A stretch of 64,000 nucleotides of DNA from NCBI GenBank assembly GCA_002269645.1, contig NIVC01000606.1, positions 248,001 through 312,000 of the forward strand. Direction: 5' to 3'. The notes beneath the pieces were generated by a model that saw only the letters and a list, made by a program, of their open reading frames with translations, did no database searches and was not told where the DNA came from. The stretch's first letter is position 1; the number at the start of each line of letters is the position of its first letter. Both the position numbers and the translations under genes were made by a program. The DNA comes from Macrostomum lignano. Taxonomy: Eukaryota. Of the stretch, positions 35,101 through 46,160 are shown piece by piece.

Positions 35101-38100
35101 CCAGGGGCTTTAGCACCAAGGGCTTTAACACCAGGGGGAATTAGCACCAGGGGCTTTAGCACCAGGGGGCTTTAGCACCAGGGGCTTTAGCACCAGGGGC
35201 TTTAGCACCAGGGGCTTTAGCACCAAAGGCATTAGCACCAGGGGCGCCTGCACTATTATAAATGACTTATAAATTTTTCAACAAATCAATAATTAAACTT
35301 GTCTATTGTTAATTTCAGCGAGTGATCTTCACCATAGTGAACTTCAGCAAGACCAAGTCTCTCTATAGAGAAGGCATGACGCCCGTTGTTAAATCCACCA
35401 GCCGGCCAAAATGGTGCGCTCCATCAACTTTGTTGTTTTTTATTTTTTAATACAATCGATAATTTAAGGACTTTGATTACTTTATAATTGACCGATTCTT
35501 CCTATTCTACTGTTAGTAAAGATGAAAGTAGGCGACTAGTAACTTTTTATTTTTTTGTCATTAACCACCCCTCAACCCCAGGGTCCGGCTGCCCCTAAGC
35601 ACGTGTACTATTACCGCTGCCCGGAGCACCGCAAGAACTACGTGCTCAGCTTTGCGTTCTGCTTCGACAAAGAGGATGACGTCTACCAGTTTGCCTACTG
35701 CTACCCGTACACCTACACCCGGCTGCAGGCCTACCTGGACAGCCTGGAGCGCAAGGGCCTGGACTATGTGCAGCGCGACCTACTCGGCCTCAGCGTGCAG
35801 CAGCGGCGGCTCGACCTGCTGACCGTCAGCCACCCGGACAACCTCACCGATGAGGCACAGAAGCGAGTGGTCTTCATCACCGCCAGGGTTCACCCGGGCG
35901 AGACCCCGGCCTCCTTCGTGTGCCAGGGCCTCATCGACTTTCTGGTCAGCTCGCATCCCATTGCAAAGCAGCTGCGCGACTACCTGGTGTTCAAAATTAT
36001 CCCCATGCTGAACCCTGACGGCGTCTACCTGGGCAACTACCGGTAAATTAAAGACTGCAGCTGCCCGGTCCCTTCCACAGTCCCTTCCCCGGTTCCTTCC
36101 CCGGTTTCTTCCCAGAATTTTTGTCCGGTCTCTTCCCCGGTTCCTTCCCCGGTTCCTTCCCCGATCACTTCCCCGGTTCCTTCCCCGATCACTTCCCCGG
36201 TTCCTTCCCCGGTTCCTTCCCCGATCACTTCCCCGGTTCCTTCCCCGGTTCCTTCCTCGGTTCCTTCCCCGGTCCCTTCCCCGGTCCCTTCCCCGGTCCC
36301 TTCCCCGTTTCCCTTCCCCGGTTCCTTCCCCGGTCCCTTACCCGGTCACTTCCCTGGTCCCTTCGCCGGTCCCCTCCGCCGTTCTTTCCCAGAATCTTTG
36401 CCCGGTCTCTTCCCAGGTTCCTTCCCCGGTTCCTTCCCTGATTCCTTCCCAGAATCTTTGCCTAGTTTCTTCTCAGGTTCTTTCTCTGGTTTTTCCCCCT
36501 GTCCTTCCCGGGTTCTTTCCCCGGTTCTTTCTTCGGTTCTTTCCCCTGTCCTTTCTCCGGTTCTTTCCCCTGTCCTTTCTCCGGTTCTTTCCCCTGTCCT
36601 TTCTCCGGTTCTTTCCCCTGTCCTTTCTCCGGTTCTTTCCCCTGTCCTTTCTCCGGTTCTTTCCCCTGTCCTTTCTCCGGTTCTTTTCCCTGTCCTTTCT
36701 CCGGTTCTTTCCCCTGTCCTTTCTCCGGTTCTTTTCCTGTCCCTTTCCGGGTTCTTTCCCCTGTCTCTTCCCCGGTTCCTTCCTCGGTTTTTTCTCCGGT
36801 TTCTTCGTTGCTCTTTCCCCGGCTCTCCGGTTCTTAAACCAGTTCACTCTCCGAATCATCCAGCTCATTTTCTTGTTTCCCTGGTTTTCACCAGTTTTAG
36901 CCCGGGTTCTTTCCTTCCTTAGCAGCTCCTTGCCCTGACCATTAGACGCTCTAAAATCTCTAAAAAGAGCAAGTCTCACAGCGTAAACATTGAAGACTCT
37001 CACCTCTCACCCGCAGCTGCTCTCTGATGGGTTTCGATCTGAACCGGCACTGGCAGGAGCCCTCGCCCTGGGCTCATCCCACTATCTATGCCTGCAAGAA
37101 GGCCATGATCGATATGTACAACTCCAAGGTACGAGTGCTTCTGTGCGTGCGGCCTCGCCTTTTGAAAGAGTTTTAGTCGTGAAATTTTAACCTGCCAAAT
37201 ATTCTTAGGACCACGATATCGACTTTTTCTGCGACCTGCACGCGCACAGCACCCTGATGAACGGCTTCATGTACGGCAACACTTTTGACGATCCCGACAA
37301 GCAGGAGAGGCAGAACGTCTTTCCCAAGCTGTTCCAGCAGAATGCCGAGGATTTTAGTTTGACTAACACCAACTTTAATCGAGACGCTGTGAAGGCCGGA
37401 ACTGGGCGAAGGTTGGTTCTACTTGAGTGTGATCGTACTTGGGTGCTATCGTACTTGGTGCTATCGCACTTCTGCACTTCAGTGCTATTGTAATTGGGTG
37501 CTTGCGTACCTGGGTGCTTGCATACTTGGTTGCTTGCGTACTTGAGTGCTGTGCGTACTTGGTTGTGATCGTACTTGGGTGCTATCGTACTTAAGTGTGA
37601 TCGTACTTTGGTGTGATCGTATTTGGGTGCATCTTACTTCGGTGCTATTGTACTTGGGTGTGTTCGTATTTAAGTGCTTGCGTACTTGGGTGTGATCGTA
37701 CTTGGGTGTTATAGTACTTTGGTACGACCACACTTAGGTGCTTGCGTATTTGGTTGTTATCGTACTTGGATGTGATCGTACTATTATGGTACCAGCGTAC
37801 TTAAGTACCAGCATACAATTAAATATACAAACAAAGTACTTAACGCAATTTAGTACTGACTTATTTGGGTGCTAGCTTACTTACAATATAGCAATTGTAG
37901 TTCGTAGCATACTTGCGAGCAGCGTACTTAATGCACTTAAGTGCTAGCGTATTTTCGTAATTGAGTGTTAGCGTACTGCAAGAACTTGTAACGCCCTAAG
38001 TTCACCTTAATACTGCAATTACTGCGGAATCTTTATCTGGTTTTATTCTACGAGTATATTCATATTAAAATTGCCTCTAAACCTCAAAAACCGAACAGAG

Positions 38101-40041
38101 CCCTTGTTGGCATATTTGACGACTCCGTGCTGTGCTACACTCTGGAGGTGTCGTTCTTCAGCTACATGGCCAACAGTTCCGGTGGCACACTGCCCTACAC
38201 CGAGGAGGGATGTGAGTGTGCTCGATGTAATCTGGCTTGTTTGTGTGTGTCAATCTAGTGAACTGCCACATAGGGTAAATTTTCAGCCTCGGTTGGTAGC
38301 TATAGTTGAGAATTTAGGCAAGCGTACCTGAACCAAAGTATTGTTAAAGTGCAAGCGTACCCTGAACCAAAGTACTGTTAAAGTGCCAGCGTACCTGAAC
38401 CAAAGTACTGTTAAAGTGCAAGTGTACATGAACCAAAATACTGTTAAAGTTCAAGGGTACCTGAACCAAAATACTGTTAAAGTTCAAGGGTACCTGAACC
38501 AAAATACTGTTAAAGTTCAAGGGTACCTGAACCAAAGTACTGTTAAAGTACAACCGTACCTGAACCAAAGTACTATTTAAGTTCGAGCGTACCTAAACTG
38601 AAGCCCATATTTAAGTGCACTCGAACCCAAACGCTTTGCAGACGCCAAACTCGGCCGAAACTTGGCGCGCACATTCCTGGACTATTATAAAGTTCAAAGC
38701 GTCATTCCTTCGATGCCAGTAGCAGGTGCTACTGGAAAGTCAAAAGGCGGTGGCAGCGGTGGCGCCAGCGGAGGAGGCGCGGGCGGCAAGGACAGCAGCT
38801 CGCGGTGAGGCTGACCCAGAGCTTTGCTAATTACATGCACGCGACTGATTGGATTCGGAAAGAGAATGATGAAAATTTTAACAAAAGTAAAATATTTTTG
38901 TTGATTTCTTCCAGTCTGCAGCTGCGCCCCTGCTCTCGTTACTCGACCAGAAATCGCTGGATCAATGTAAACCTCTGTTCCACTTGCAATGGCCGGGGTA
39001 ACCCCCTTACAGCACCCGACACTGGTCTCTATTGTGCATGCTCTGCATGTAGTCCACTTCTTCTAGTCTTTCTCGGTGCTCTTGTCCCTCCCTGCCTCCA
39101 TTTATGTCCATGGGAGAGATATTCCCGAGTAGTTAAATTGCTAAATCCAATTAAATTATTGCATTATTTATTATCTTTCGGCATGCTTAGTCCATTTGAC
39201 TAATTCAATAATGTTTAGCTCTGCATTGTCAAGAGGGAAATTACTGCCTGCATCACAACATAATCATCGTCTTTTAAAGCCAGTTAAAATACGTTTTTTT
39301 GGCATGTTTAACTGAGCAAATGTTTACTGTTTATTATTATTAAGTTTACACCTGTTTATTAGGGCGGCCACCTTGAAAAAATGAGTGTCTGGCAACAAGA
39401 ATTTCACTGCTGCTTGCGAGTTGCCTGAGATACGGGCAGACACACAGGCAGACACACAGGCAGACACACACACGGGCAGGCAGACAGGCAGACACACAGG
39501 CAGACAGGCAGACACACGGGCAGACACACAGGCAGACACACACACGGGCAGGCAGACAGGCAGACACACAGGCAGACACACGGGCAGACACACGGGCAGA
39601 CACACAGGCAGACACAAGGCAGACACACACACAGGCAGATACACGGGCAGACACACAGGCAGACACACGGGCAGACACACAGGCAGACACACAGGCAGAT
39701 ACACGGGCAGACACACAGGCAGACAGGCAGACACAGGCAGACACACAGGCAGACACACAGGCAGACAGACAGACACACAGGCAGACAGGCAGACACACGG
39801 ACAGACACACAGGCAGACACACAGGCAGACAGGCAGACACACGGGCAGACACACAGGCAGACACACAGGCAGACACACAGGCAGACACACGGGCAGACAC
39901 ACAGGCAGACAGGCAGACACAGGCAGACACACAGGCAGACAGGCAGACACAATCCGCACCACTCCGCACTGCAGATACTTGATGGGAGAGGCGAGCAGTA
40001 GCGCCGGCAGGTTCGGCAGCGGCGGTGGCCGAGCGAAGTGA
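26118..40041 (+). CDS. AGBL4: Cytosolic carboxypeptidase 6 (M14D tubulin deglutamylase); apparent 1-nt frameshift at 35592-35595
   Basis: Exons 26118-26172 (probable), 27069-27322, 35319-35413, 35582-36042, 37017-37128, 37209-37411, 38099-38211, 38642-38804, probable last exon 39975-40041. Translation closely follows AGBL4 as I recall it: [122 protein letters not shown]. Zn ligands and catalytic Glu are intact. The C-terminal exons are uncertain. Confidence 0.92.
27444..27620 (+). mobile_element. Possible non-autonomous Helitron/Helentron-like fragment
   Basis: TCCTAATACTAAAG, then a (GTTT/GTCT)n microsatellite, then GCATAACTCC...GTTGAAACTT. This layout resembles Lep1/DINE-type elements as I recall them. 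No 3' hairpin-CTAG was identified. Confidence 0.35.
28462..28483. repeat. Short telomere-like (CCCTAA)3 tract
   Basis: AACCCTAACCCTAACCCTAACC. Confidence 0.7.
28728..28815 (+). mobile_element. Possible non-autonomous Helitron/Helentron-like fragment
   Basis: TATATACTAAAAATG, then GTCTGTCTGTGTCT, then GGCTGGACCGATTTTG..GAACTTG. Same layout as the 27444 fragment. Confidence 0.35.
29345..32365. repeat. 22-24-bp satellite, about 3 kb, AGBL4 intron 2
   Basis: ATCATAGAAGCGTCATGTAAACA unit with A-run variants. Confidence 0.97.
33481..35245. repeat. 15-16-bp minisatellite with higher-order periodicity, AGBL4 intron 2
   Basis: TTAGCACCAGGGGCT unit; recurring four-unit block starting GGGGAATTAGCACCAG. 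Confidence 0.97.
36066..36800. repeat. Pyrimidine-rich 12- and 24-bp minisatellites, AGBL4 intron 4
   Basis: TTCCTTCCCCGG, then GTTCTTTCCCCTGTCCTTTCTCCG. Confidence 0.9.
37424..37800. repeat. Degenerate about 16-bp minisatellite, AGBL4 intron 6
   Basis: GTACTTGGGTGTGATC variants. Confidence 0.8.
38322..38590. repeat. 33-bp minisatellite, AGBL4 intron 7
   Basis: GTACCTGAACCAAAGTACTGTTAAAGTGCAAGC unit. Confidence 0.9.
39434..39949. repeat. GCAGACAC(AC)n array, last AGBL4 intron
   Basis: GGCAGACACACA and GGCAGACA variants. Confidence 0.95.
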
Positions 40042-40120
40042 GCAGCCAGTCTTGGAGCGCGGTGACTCAAAATCTGATCAAAACCTGAGCACTGCGGCCG
40101 CCCCTTTCAACTCGCTCGCG

Positions 40121-40126
40121 AATAAA
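40121..40126 (+). terminator. Probable polyadenylation signal of AGBL4
   Basis: AATAAA 80 nt after the TGA at 40039-40041. Confidence 0.5.
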
Positions 40127-41216
40127 ACTTGTATCAAATTTTTGGTTCTGCTAGTTTTCAGCTCCTGTTTCCCCTAGCAACCCTGTAAGACTTTGTTTGT
40201 CACAGATCCACAGCCTTCAGCATAGGATAAAGAGTGAGACTTGCTCAGCCTATCAAAGAGTAACTGCGTGTCCTGTACATAGAGCTCACCATAATATTAG
40301 TTTTTTCCTTTGTTTTCAAGTGCAACAGTCTAAAGTTCGGCAAGACTTAGCTATTTTTACTGTTTATTACTTTGCTAACAAGATTTTGAATAATTGTCAC
40401 AAAATTTTAGATCACAGCAGAATAAATTTGATACACTGACCGATAAAGATTTTGTCGGGATTTTTTTAAAAGCAGCAGCAGCTGAAAGTAAAGTTTAATT
40501 ATTTTTTTCATCACATATCTTAGTTAGCTTTAGGCATTAGGGATTAGGACAAATGATAGGCAGTGAACAAAAATGCAGAACATTATCCGTGCTGTATTAC
40601 TAATGGTACTAATAATAACTGCTAATAATGTATATTATTTTTGATTGACTTCTTCAAGACATGTTATGAATAATTTATTAATGATTTTTAGAGCCCGATA
40701 CACCTATGCAGATCCGATTAAAAATTTTTCAATGTTTTCCTACTCTTTTATTAAAATTAAGGAAAATACGATTGGACAAGCTTCTTGCGATGTTAGCTGC
40801 ACCCTCTTTTTGTAGTTCAAGGATGGTAAGCAATTCATAATTATTTTTTTAGTAATCAGCAGGCTGCAATACATGAGTAGTGGGGCGGTGTATGTTGCAT
40901 AGGTAAAGCAGAGGGGTTAAGACTGCTATTTTTCAAAGCCCTCTGTTTCATTGATTTATCTGGCCTTTTTAATAGAGACGGTAAGGTTTGAATTGCCAGG
41001 CGGAACACAATTATATAGCAACGGTTTATAATCGACTAATTCTTGCCCAATGAGAAATGCTTGCATCTCTCAATGCTTGAATCATTTCTAATCAAATTAT
41101 TTATGAATTTAATAATGTCACGTGGTAAGTTCTAATTGTATACGAGAGTGCACCGGTGCTATTTTTTCTTATATTTATTGGTCCCCTGTCCAATCACAGG
41201 CTGCAGCAAAGCTGCG

Positions 41217-41759
41217 TGTATTTATTCCCCACTTGGGCCTGGCCATAGACTACAGAAACGTTTTTATTTGGAGTTTTATTGCTCCAGGCCAAATAAATGC
41301 GTTTCTGTAGTCTATGGCTAGGCCAAATAAAAACATTTCTGTAGTCTATGGCTAGCCCAAATAAAAAAATTTCTGTAGTCTATGGCCAGGCCAAATAAAA
41401 ACATTTCTGTAGTCTATGGCCAGGCCAAATAAAAACATTTCTGTAGTCTATGGTCAAGCCAAATAAAAACATTTCTGTAGTCTATGACCAGGCCAAATAA
41501 AAACATTTCTGTAGTCTATGGTCAAGCCAAATAAAAACATTTCTGTAGTCTATGGCCAGGCCAAATAAAAACATTTCTGTAGTCTATGGTCAAGCCAAAT
41601 AAAAACATTTCTGTAGTCTATGGCCAGGCCAAATAAATAAATTTCTGTAGGCTATGGCCAAGCCAAATACATTTGTAAATACGTTTCTTTAGTCTATGGC
41701 CAGGCCAAATAAGTACGTTTCTGTAGTCTATGGCCAGACCCAAGTGAGGAATAAATACA
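41217..41759. mobile_element. MITE-like element with 55-bp TIRs whose interior is a 34-bp tandem array
   Basis: 41217-41271 versus 41705-41759 match at 51 of 55 positions as inverted repeats. The interior unit is CCAAATAAAAACATTTCTGTAGTCTATGGCCAGG, about 12 copies. Confidence 0.8.
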
Positions 41760-42154
41760 TTTCTCCCCGCTGGCTTCACATACGCCCGCTACCACAATAT
41801 TCGCGACCATAATCAATTAAACAAGCGGAAAAATGACTTATACCTATAATCTGTCACTTCAAGCCTTTATGATGCGCACAAATTTTATTATTCACTTCTG
41901 CTTCACATTATTTTGCGAATTATGCGTCACTTGTTACTAACACAAACAAACTCACAATATTCCAGCCTACGCGGCTACAGAGAGCTCACTTCACCTGCTG
42001 AAAGTGCCAGCGTATTTTCTGCTAATTTACAGCCCCTTTTAGAGTTATTAGGAAACCCTAAGTTTGGAGTAATTTTGAGTGACAAGTTCGATTTTAGATT
42101 GACAAAACTAGCAAGTGAAAGTGCCAAGCTATTCGATAAGAGTGACAAGTTGTT

Positions 42155-42400
42155 ACGTTAGAGTGACAAGTTATTGAATTAGAGGGACAACATATTGAAT
42201 TAGAGTGGCAAGTTGTTGAATTAGAGTGACAAGTTATTGAATTAGAGTGACAAGTGATTGAATTAGAGTGACAAGTTATTGAATTAGAGTGACAAGTGAT
42301 TGAATTAGAGTGACAAGTTATTGAATTAGAGTGACAAGTGATTGAATTAGAGTGACAAGATATTGAATTAGAGTGACAAGATATTGAATTAGAGTGACAA
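42155..42400. repeat. 21-bp minisatellite immediately 5' of CCDC89
   Basis: TTGAATTAGAGTGACAAGTTA unit. Confidence 0.95.
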
Positions 42401-42424
42401 GTGAGTGCTTTCGGAGTGCCGAGA

Positions 42425-45400
42425 ATGTCACGCCAGCAGCAGCAGCAGCCGCCACAGCTGGACGTGGCCGACCTGGCCGGCCTGGCTTCGCACGCGCCGC
42501 TGGACTCCACAGGGCAGCCGGACGCCGAGCTGCAGCAGCAGCTGGGCCGCCTGCGCCACCTCGAGCCGGAGGACAAGTCCGAGCTCGGCCTGCTGCGCTC
42601 CCGGGTCGAGGACCAGTCGCACCTCATCATGATGCTGAAGCAGCGCTCTGACGAGAATCTGATGCGGGCGCAGACGCAGGAACGACTCAACAAACAGCTG
42701 GAGGAGGCGCGCGCTGAGGCTGAGCAGCGGCTGGAGCGGGAGCTGCAGCGGTTCCGCGTGCTCGAGGACCAGTTCGAGACGCTCAGCTCCAACCATGAGC
42801 AGCTGATTCAGTTCAACAATGAGCACAAGCAGCAGAAGGAGTGGCTGCAAAAGGTTGGTGTCCGAGGCCACTGTACACCCCGTGTGATTCATTTCCTTGG
42901 CAACTTAACCTCAGAAAGTTCAATTTTTCTAATCGCGCTGAAGCTCATCGAGGTTCATCTTGACGGTCTTGAATACTGAGTGTGTGTGGATAGGAAATCT
43001 CAATTTTGTAGTGCAAATAATTGTTTTCTCTACATATCGGGCATCGGTTGGCTCCACTGGGATTCAGGAACTTCAAAGGAATCTGCTGCATGTTAGAATT
43101 TGTTATAAATCACAAAATTTTCCGGGATTTTTCTCAAACGCGCAAAATTAAACGCATATTTTAATCAGTAAGACATACACTACTGCAGCTCATCAGTAGG
43201 CAGTAGCGAATATTTATGCTCGGATTTTAATTTAAAAAATCCTAACTGGCCCACCGACTCAAGGAGAACACAAAACTGCGCGACCACTTCGAGACGCTGG
43301 TGGCCGCCCGACTGCGGGAGCGCGACGCTGAGACCAGCAGGCTGACTGAGCGACTGGCCACGGCCGAGCGGCAGCTGCAGGAGAGCCGCCAGGAGGCCGG
43401 CCAGACCGCTGACCGGCTGAATGCCCGCCTGGCAGAGCTGTCCGCCCGGGCGGAGCGGCTGGAGGCGGACGCGGCCGCTGCGAAGGCGGCGGTCAGGGAG
43501 CGGGACGCCCAGCTGGACGAGCTGCGGGCGGCGGCGGCCGCGGAGGGCGAGTCCGGGCGGACCAAACTGGCTGAGCTGACCAAGTGAGCCAGGACTCCCT
43601 GCTGTCAGACACCATAGGCACACGCCAGACACCATAGGCACACGCCAGACACCATAGGCACACGCCAGACACCATAGGCACACGCCAGACACCATAGGCA
43701 CACGCCAGACACCATAGGCACACGCCAGACAACATAGGTACACGCCAGACACCAGAGGCACACACACACTAGACACCATAGGCACACGCTAGACAACATA
43801 GGTACACGCCAGACACCCCAAACCCACACGGCAGACACCCCAAACCCACACGGCAGACACCCCAAACCCACACGGCAGACACCCCAAACCCACTCGGCAG
43901 ACACCCCAAACCCACACGGCAGACACCCCAAACCCACACGGCAGACACCCCAAACCCACACGGCAGACACCCCAAACACACACGGCAGACACCCCAAACC
44001 CACACGGCAGACACCCCAAACCCACACGGCAGACACCCCAAACCCACACGGCAGACACCCCAAACCCACACGGCAGACACCCCAAACCCACACGGCAGAC
44101 ACCCCAAACACACATGGCAGACACCCCAAACCCACTCGGCAGACACCCCAAACCAACACGGCAGACACCCCAAACCCACACGGCAGACACCCCAAACCCA
44201 CACGGCAGACACCCCAAACCCACACGGCAGACACCCCAAACACACATGGCAGACACCCCAAACCAACACGGCAGACACCCCAAACCCACACGGCAGACAC
44301 CCCAAACCCACACGGCAGACACCCCAAACCCACACGGCAGACACCCCAAACACACACGGCAGACACCCCAAACCCACACGGCAGACACCCCAAACACACA
44401 TGGCAGACACCCCAAACCCACACCGCAGACACCTTAAACCACACGGCAGACACCCCAAACACACACGGCAGACACCCCAAACCCACACGGCAGACACCCC
44501 AAACCCACACGGCAGACACCCCAAACACACATGGCAGACACCCCAAACCCACTCGGCAGACACCCCAAACCAACACGGCAGACACCCCAAACCCACACGG
44601 CAGACACCCCAAACCCACACGGCAGACACCCAAACCCACACGGCAGACACCCCAAACACACATGGCAGACACCCCAAACCAACACGGCAGACACCCCAAA
44701 CCCACACGGCAGACACCCCAAACACACACGGCAGACACCCCAAACCCACACGGCAGACACCCCAAACACACATGGCAGACACCCCAAACCCACACCGCAG
44801 ACACCTTAAACCACACGGCAGACACCCCAAACACACACGGCAGACACCCCAAACCCACACGGCAGACACCCCAAACCCACACGGCAGACACCCCAAACCC
44901 ACACGGCAGACACCCCAAACACACATGGCAGACACCCCAAACCCACACCGCAGACACCTTAAACCACACGGCAGACACCCCAAACACACACGGCAGACAC
45001 CCCAAACCCACTCGGCAGACACCCCAAACCAACACGGCAGACACCCAAACCCACACGGCAGACACCCCAAACCCACACGGCAGACACCCCAAACCCACGC
45101 GGCAGACACCCCAAACCCACACGGCAGACACCCCAAACCCACACGGCAGACACCTCCCCCCGCAGAGAGAAGGACTCCCTGCTAACCCTGTCGATGGAGC
45201 GCGGCCGCCTCTGCGAGGAGAAGCAGCGGGAGCTCAAAGCTGCCCGAGAGCGGCAGGAGGTGGCGGAGCGCCGTCTCCGCGAACTGCAAGACCGCTACAG
45301 CCGGGACACCGAGGCGGTGAGCTCCGACGCGGCGGTGAAGAAGCTTCGAGCCGACTTGGAGTTTCATCGGCGCGCTCTGGCCGACCTTCGCCAGGAATTC

Positions 45401-45481
45401 TCCGCCTACAAAGTGCACGCTGGCAGTGCGCTCAAGCAGGAGAAGGAGATCAACGCCCGTCTGCGTAGCAACATCGCCTGA
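42425..45481 (+). CDS. CCDC89: Coiled-coil domain-containing protein 89 homologue, about 354 aa, 3 exons
   Basis: Exons 42425-42853, 43264-43583, 45166-45481 (1065 nt, phases 0 and 2). LGRLRHLEPEDKSELGLLRSRVEDQSHLIMMLKQRSDE, FETLSSNHEQLIQF, LLTLSMERG and AYKVHAGSALKQEKEINARLR match the CCDC89 blocks as I recall them. Confidence 0.8.
43605..45154. repeat. Two-part minisatellite (20-bp then 22-bp unit), CCDC89 intron 2
   Basis: CACGCCAGACACCATAGGCA to about 43815, then GGCAGACACCCCAAACCCACAC. Confidence 0.95.
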
Positions 45482-46068
45482 GAGTTCCGGTTGCTAAGGA
45501 CTCTGCCAACCATTAGAGCACTAAAACATTGCTGCAGCATCTCCAGCGGCTACTGTTTGAGATTAAAAACTTTCATTTTTGGCATAGAGAAAGAAATGGG
45601 GGGATTGATGTGAGGATTAAGGTGCTAGCATGCCGACAATCTCGGACAGACATGGCAACGGTAAGCAGTGTTCCAATTTCTTATCGCCTTGTCAAACAAG
45701 CAGGCAGATTTCCAGCTTGAATTACAAGCTCATTAGTTTTTTTAGCCTCGCAAAGATGTTATAAAATGCCTGACGATGTTAGACATCCCTGCGGCAGACA
45801 GGGAATGGCAGACTATGCCTGCAGAAATTGTGTAAACATTTTATGGCTTTTTCACATTTACTTTCAATGATTAAAGCGTTAGCCGTACCGTCTTTTTGTT
45901 TTAATTTTGTTACATCTTTTGTTTTACTGTCTACAGTCTGTGATCTGGTTTAAACTGTTTTAAGCATGCCGTTTTGCATTCTATTCAGTGAGTCTTTGTT
46001 CTCATCAATAATTGATCGAATTCTCCAATGTGGCTCTGCAGTTCTGGCTTTGAGCTCCAGAAGTATTG

Positions 46069-46074
46069 AATAAA
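46069..46074 (+). terminator. Probable polyadenylation signal of CCDC89
   Basis: AATAAA at the end of an AT-rich 3' region, just before the 26-bp array. Confidence 0.4.
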
Positions 46075-46160
46075 AACATGCTGCTCGTGATCTGAGTTTT
46101 AACTGCTTTTTTTAACCTCACGGCTTCAAAATGACATATTTTGACAGCCTAATCAGGGTC

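Noticed and set aside
35555-35595. ORF-track N-terminus MSLTTPQPQGPAAP as real AGBL4 sequence
   Set aside because: It is partly intronic and in the wrong frame for the conserved WxRLPP motif; better explained by the 1-nt deletion.
43605-45185. Long ORFs (508, 457, 261 aa) on both strands
   Set aside because: They are translations of the 20/22-bp minisatellite inside CCDC89 intron 2; several frames are open at once.
26118-45481. AGBL4 and CCDC89 as a ciliary gene cluster
   Set aside because: Adjacency of two genes is insufficient without synteny or co-expression data.
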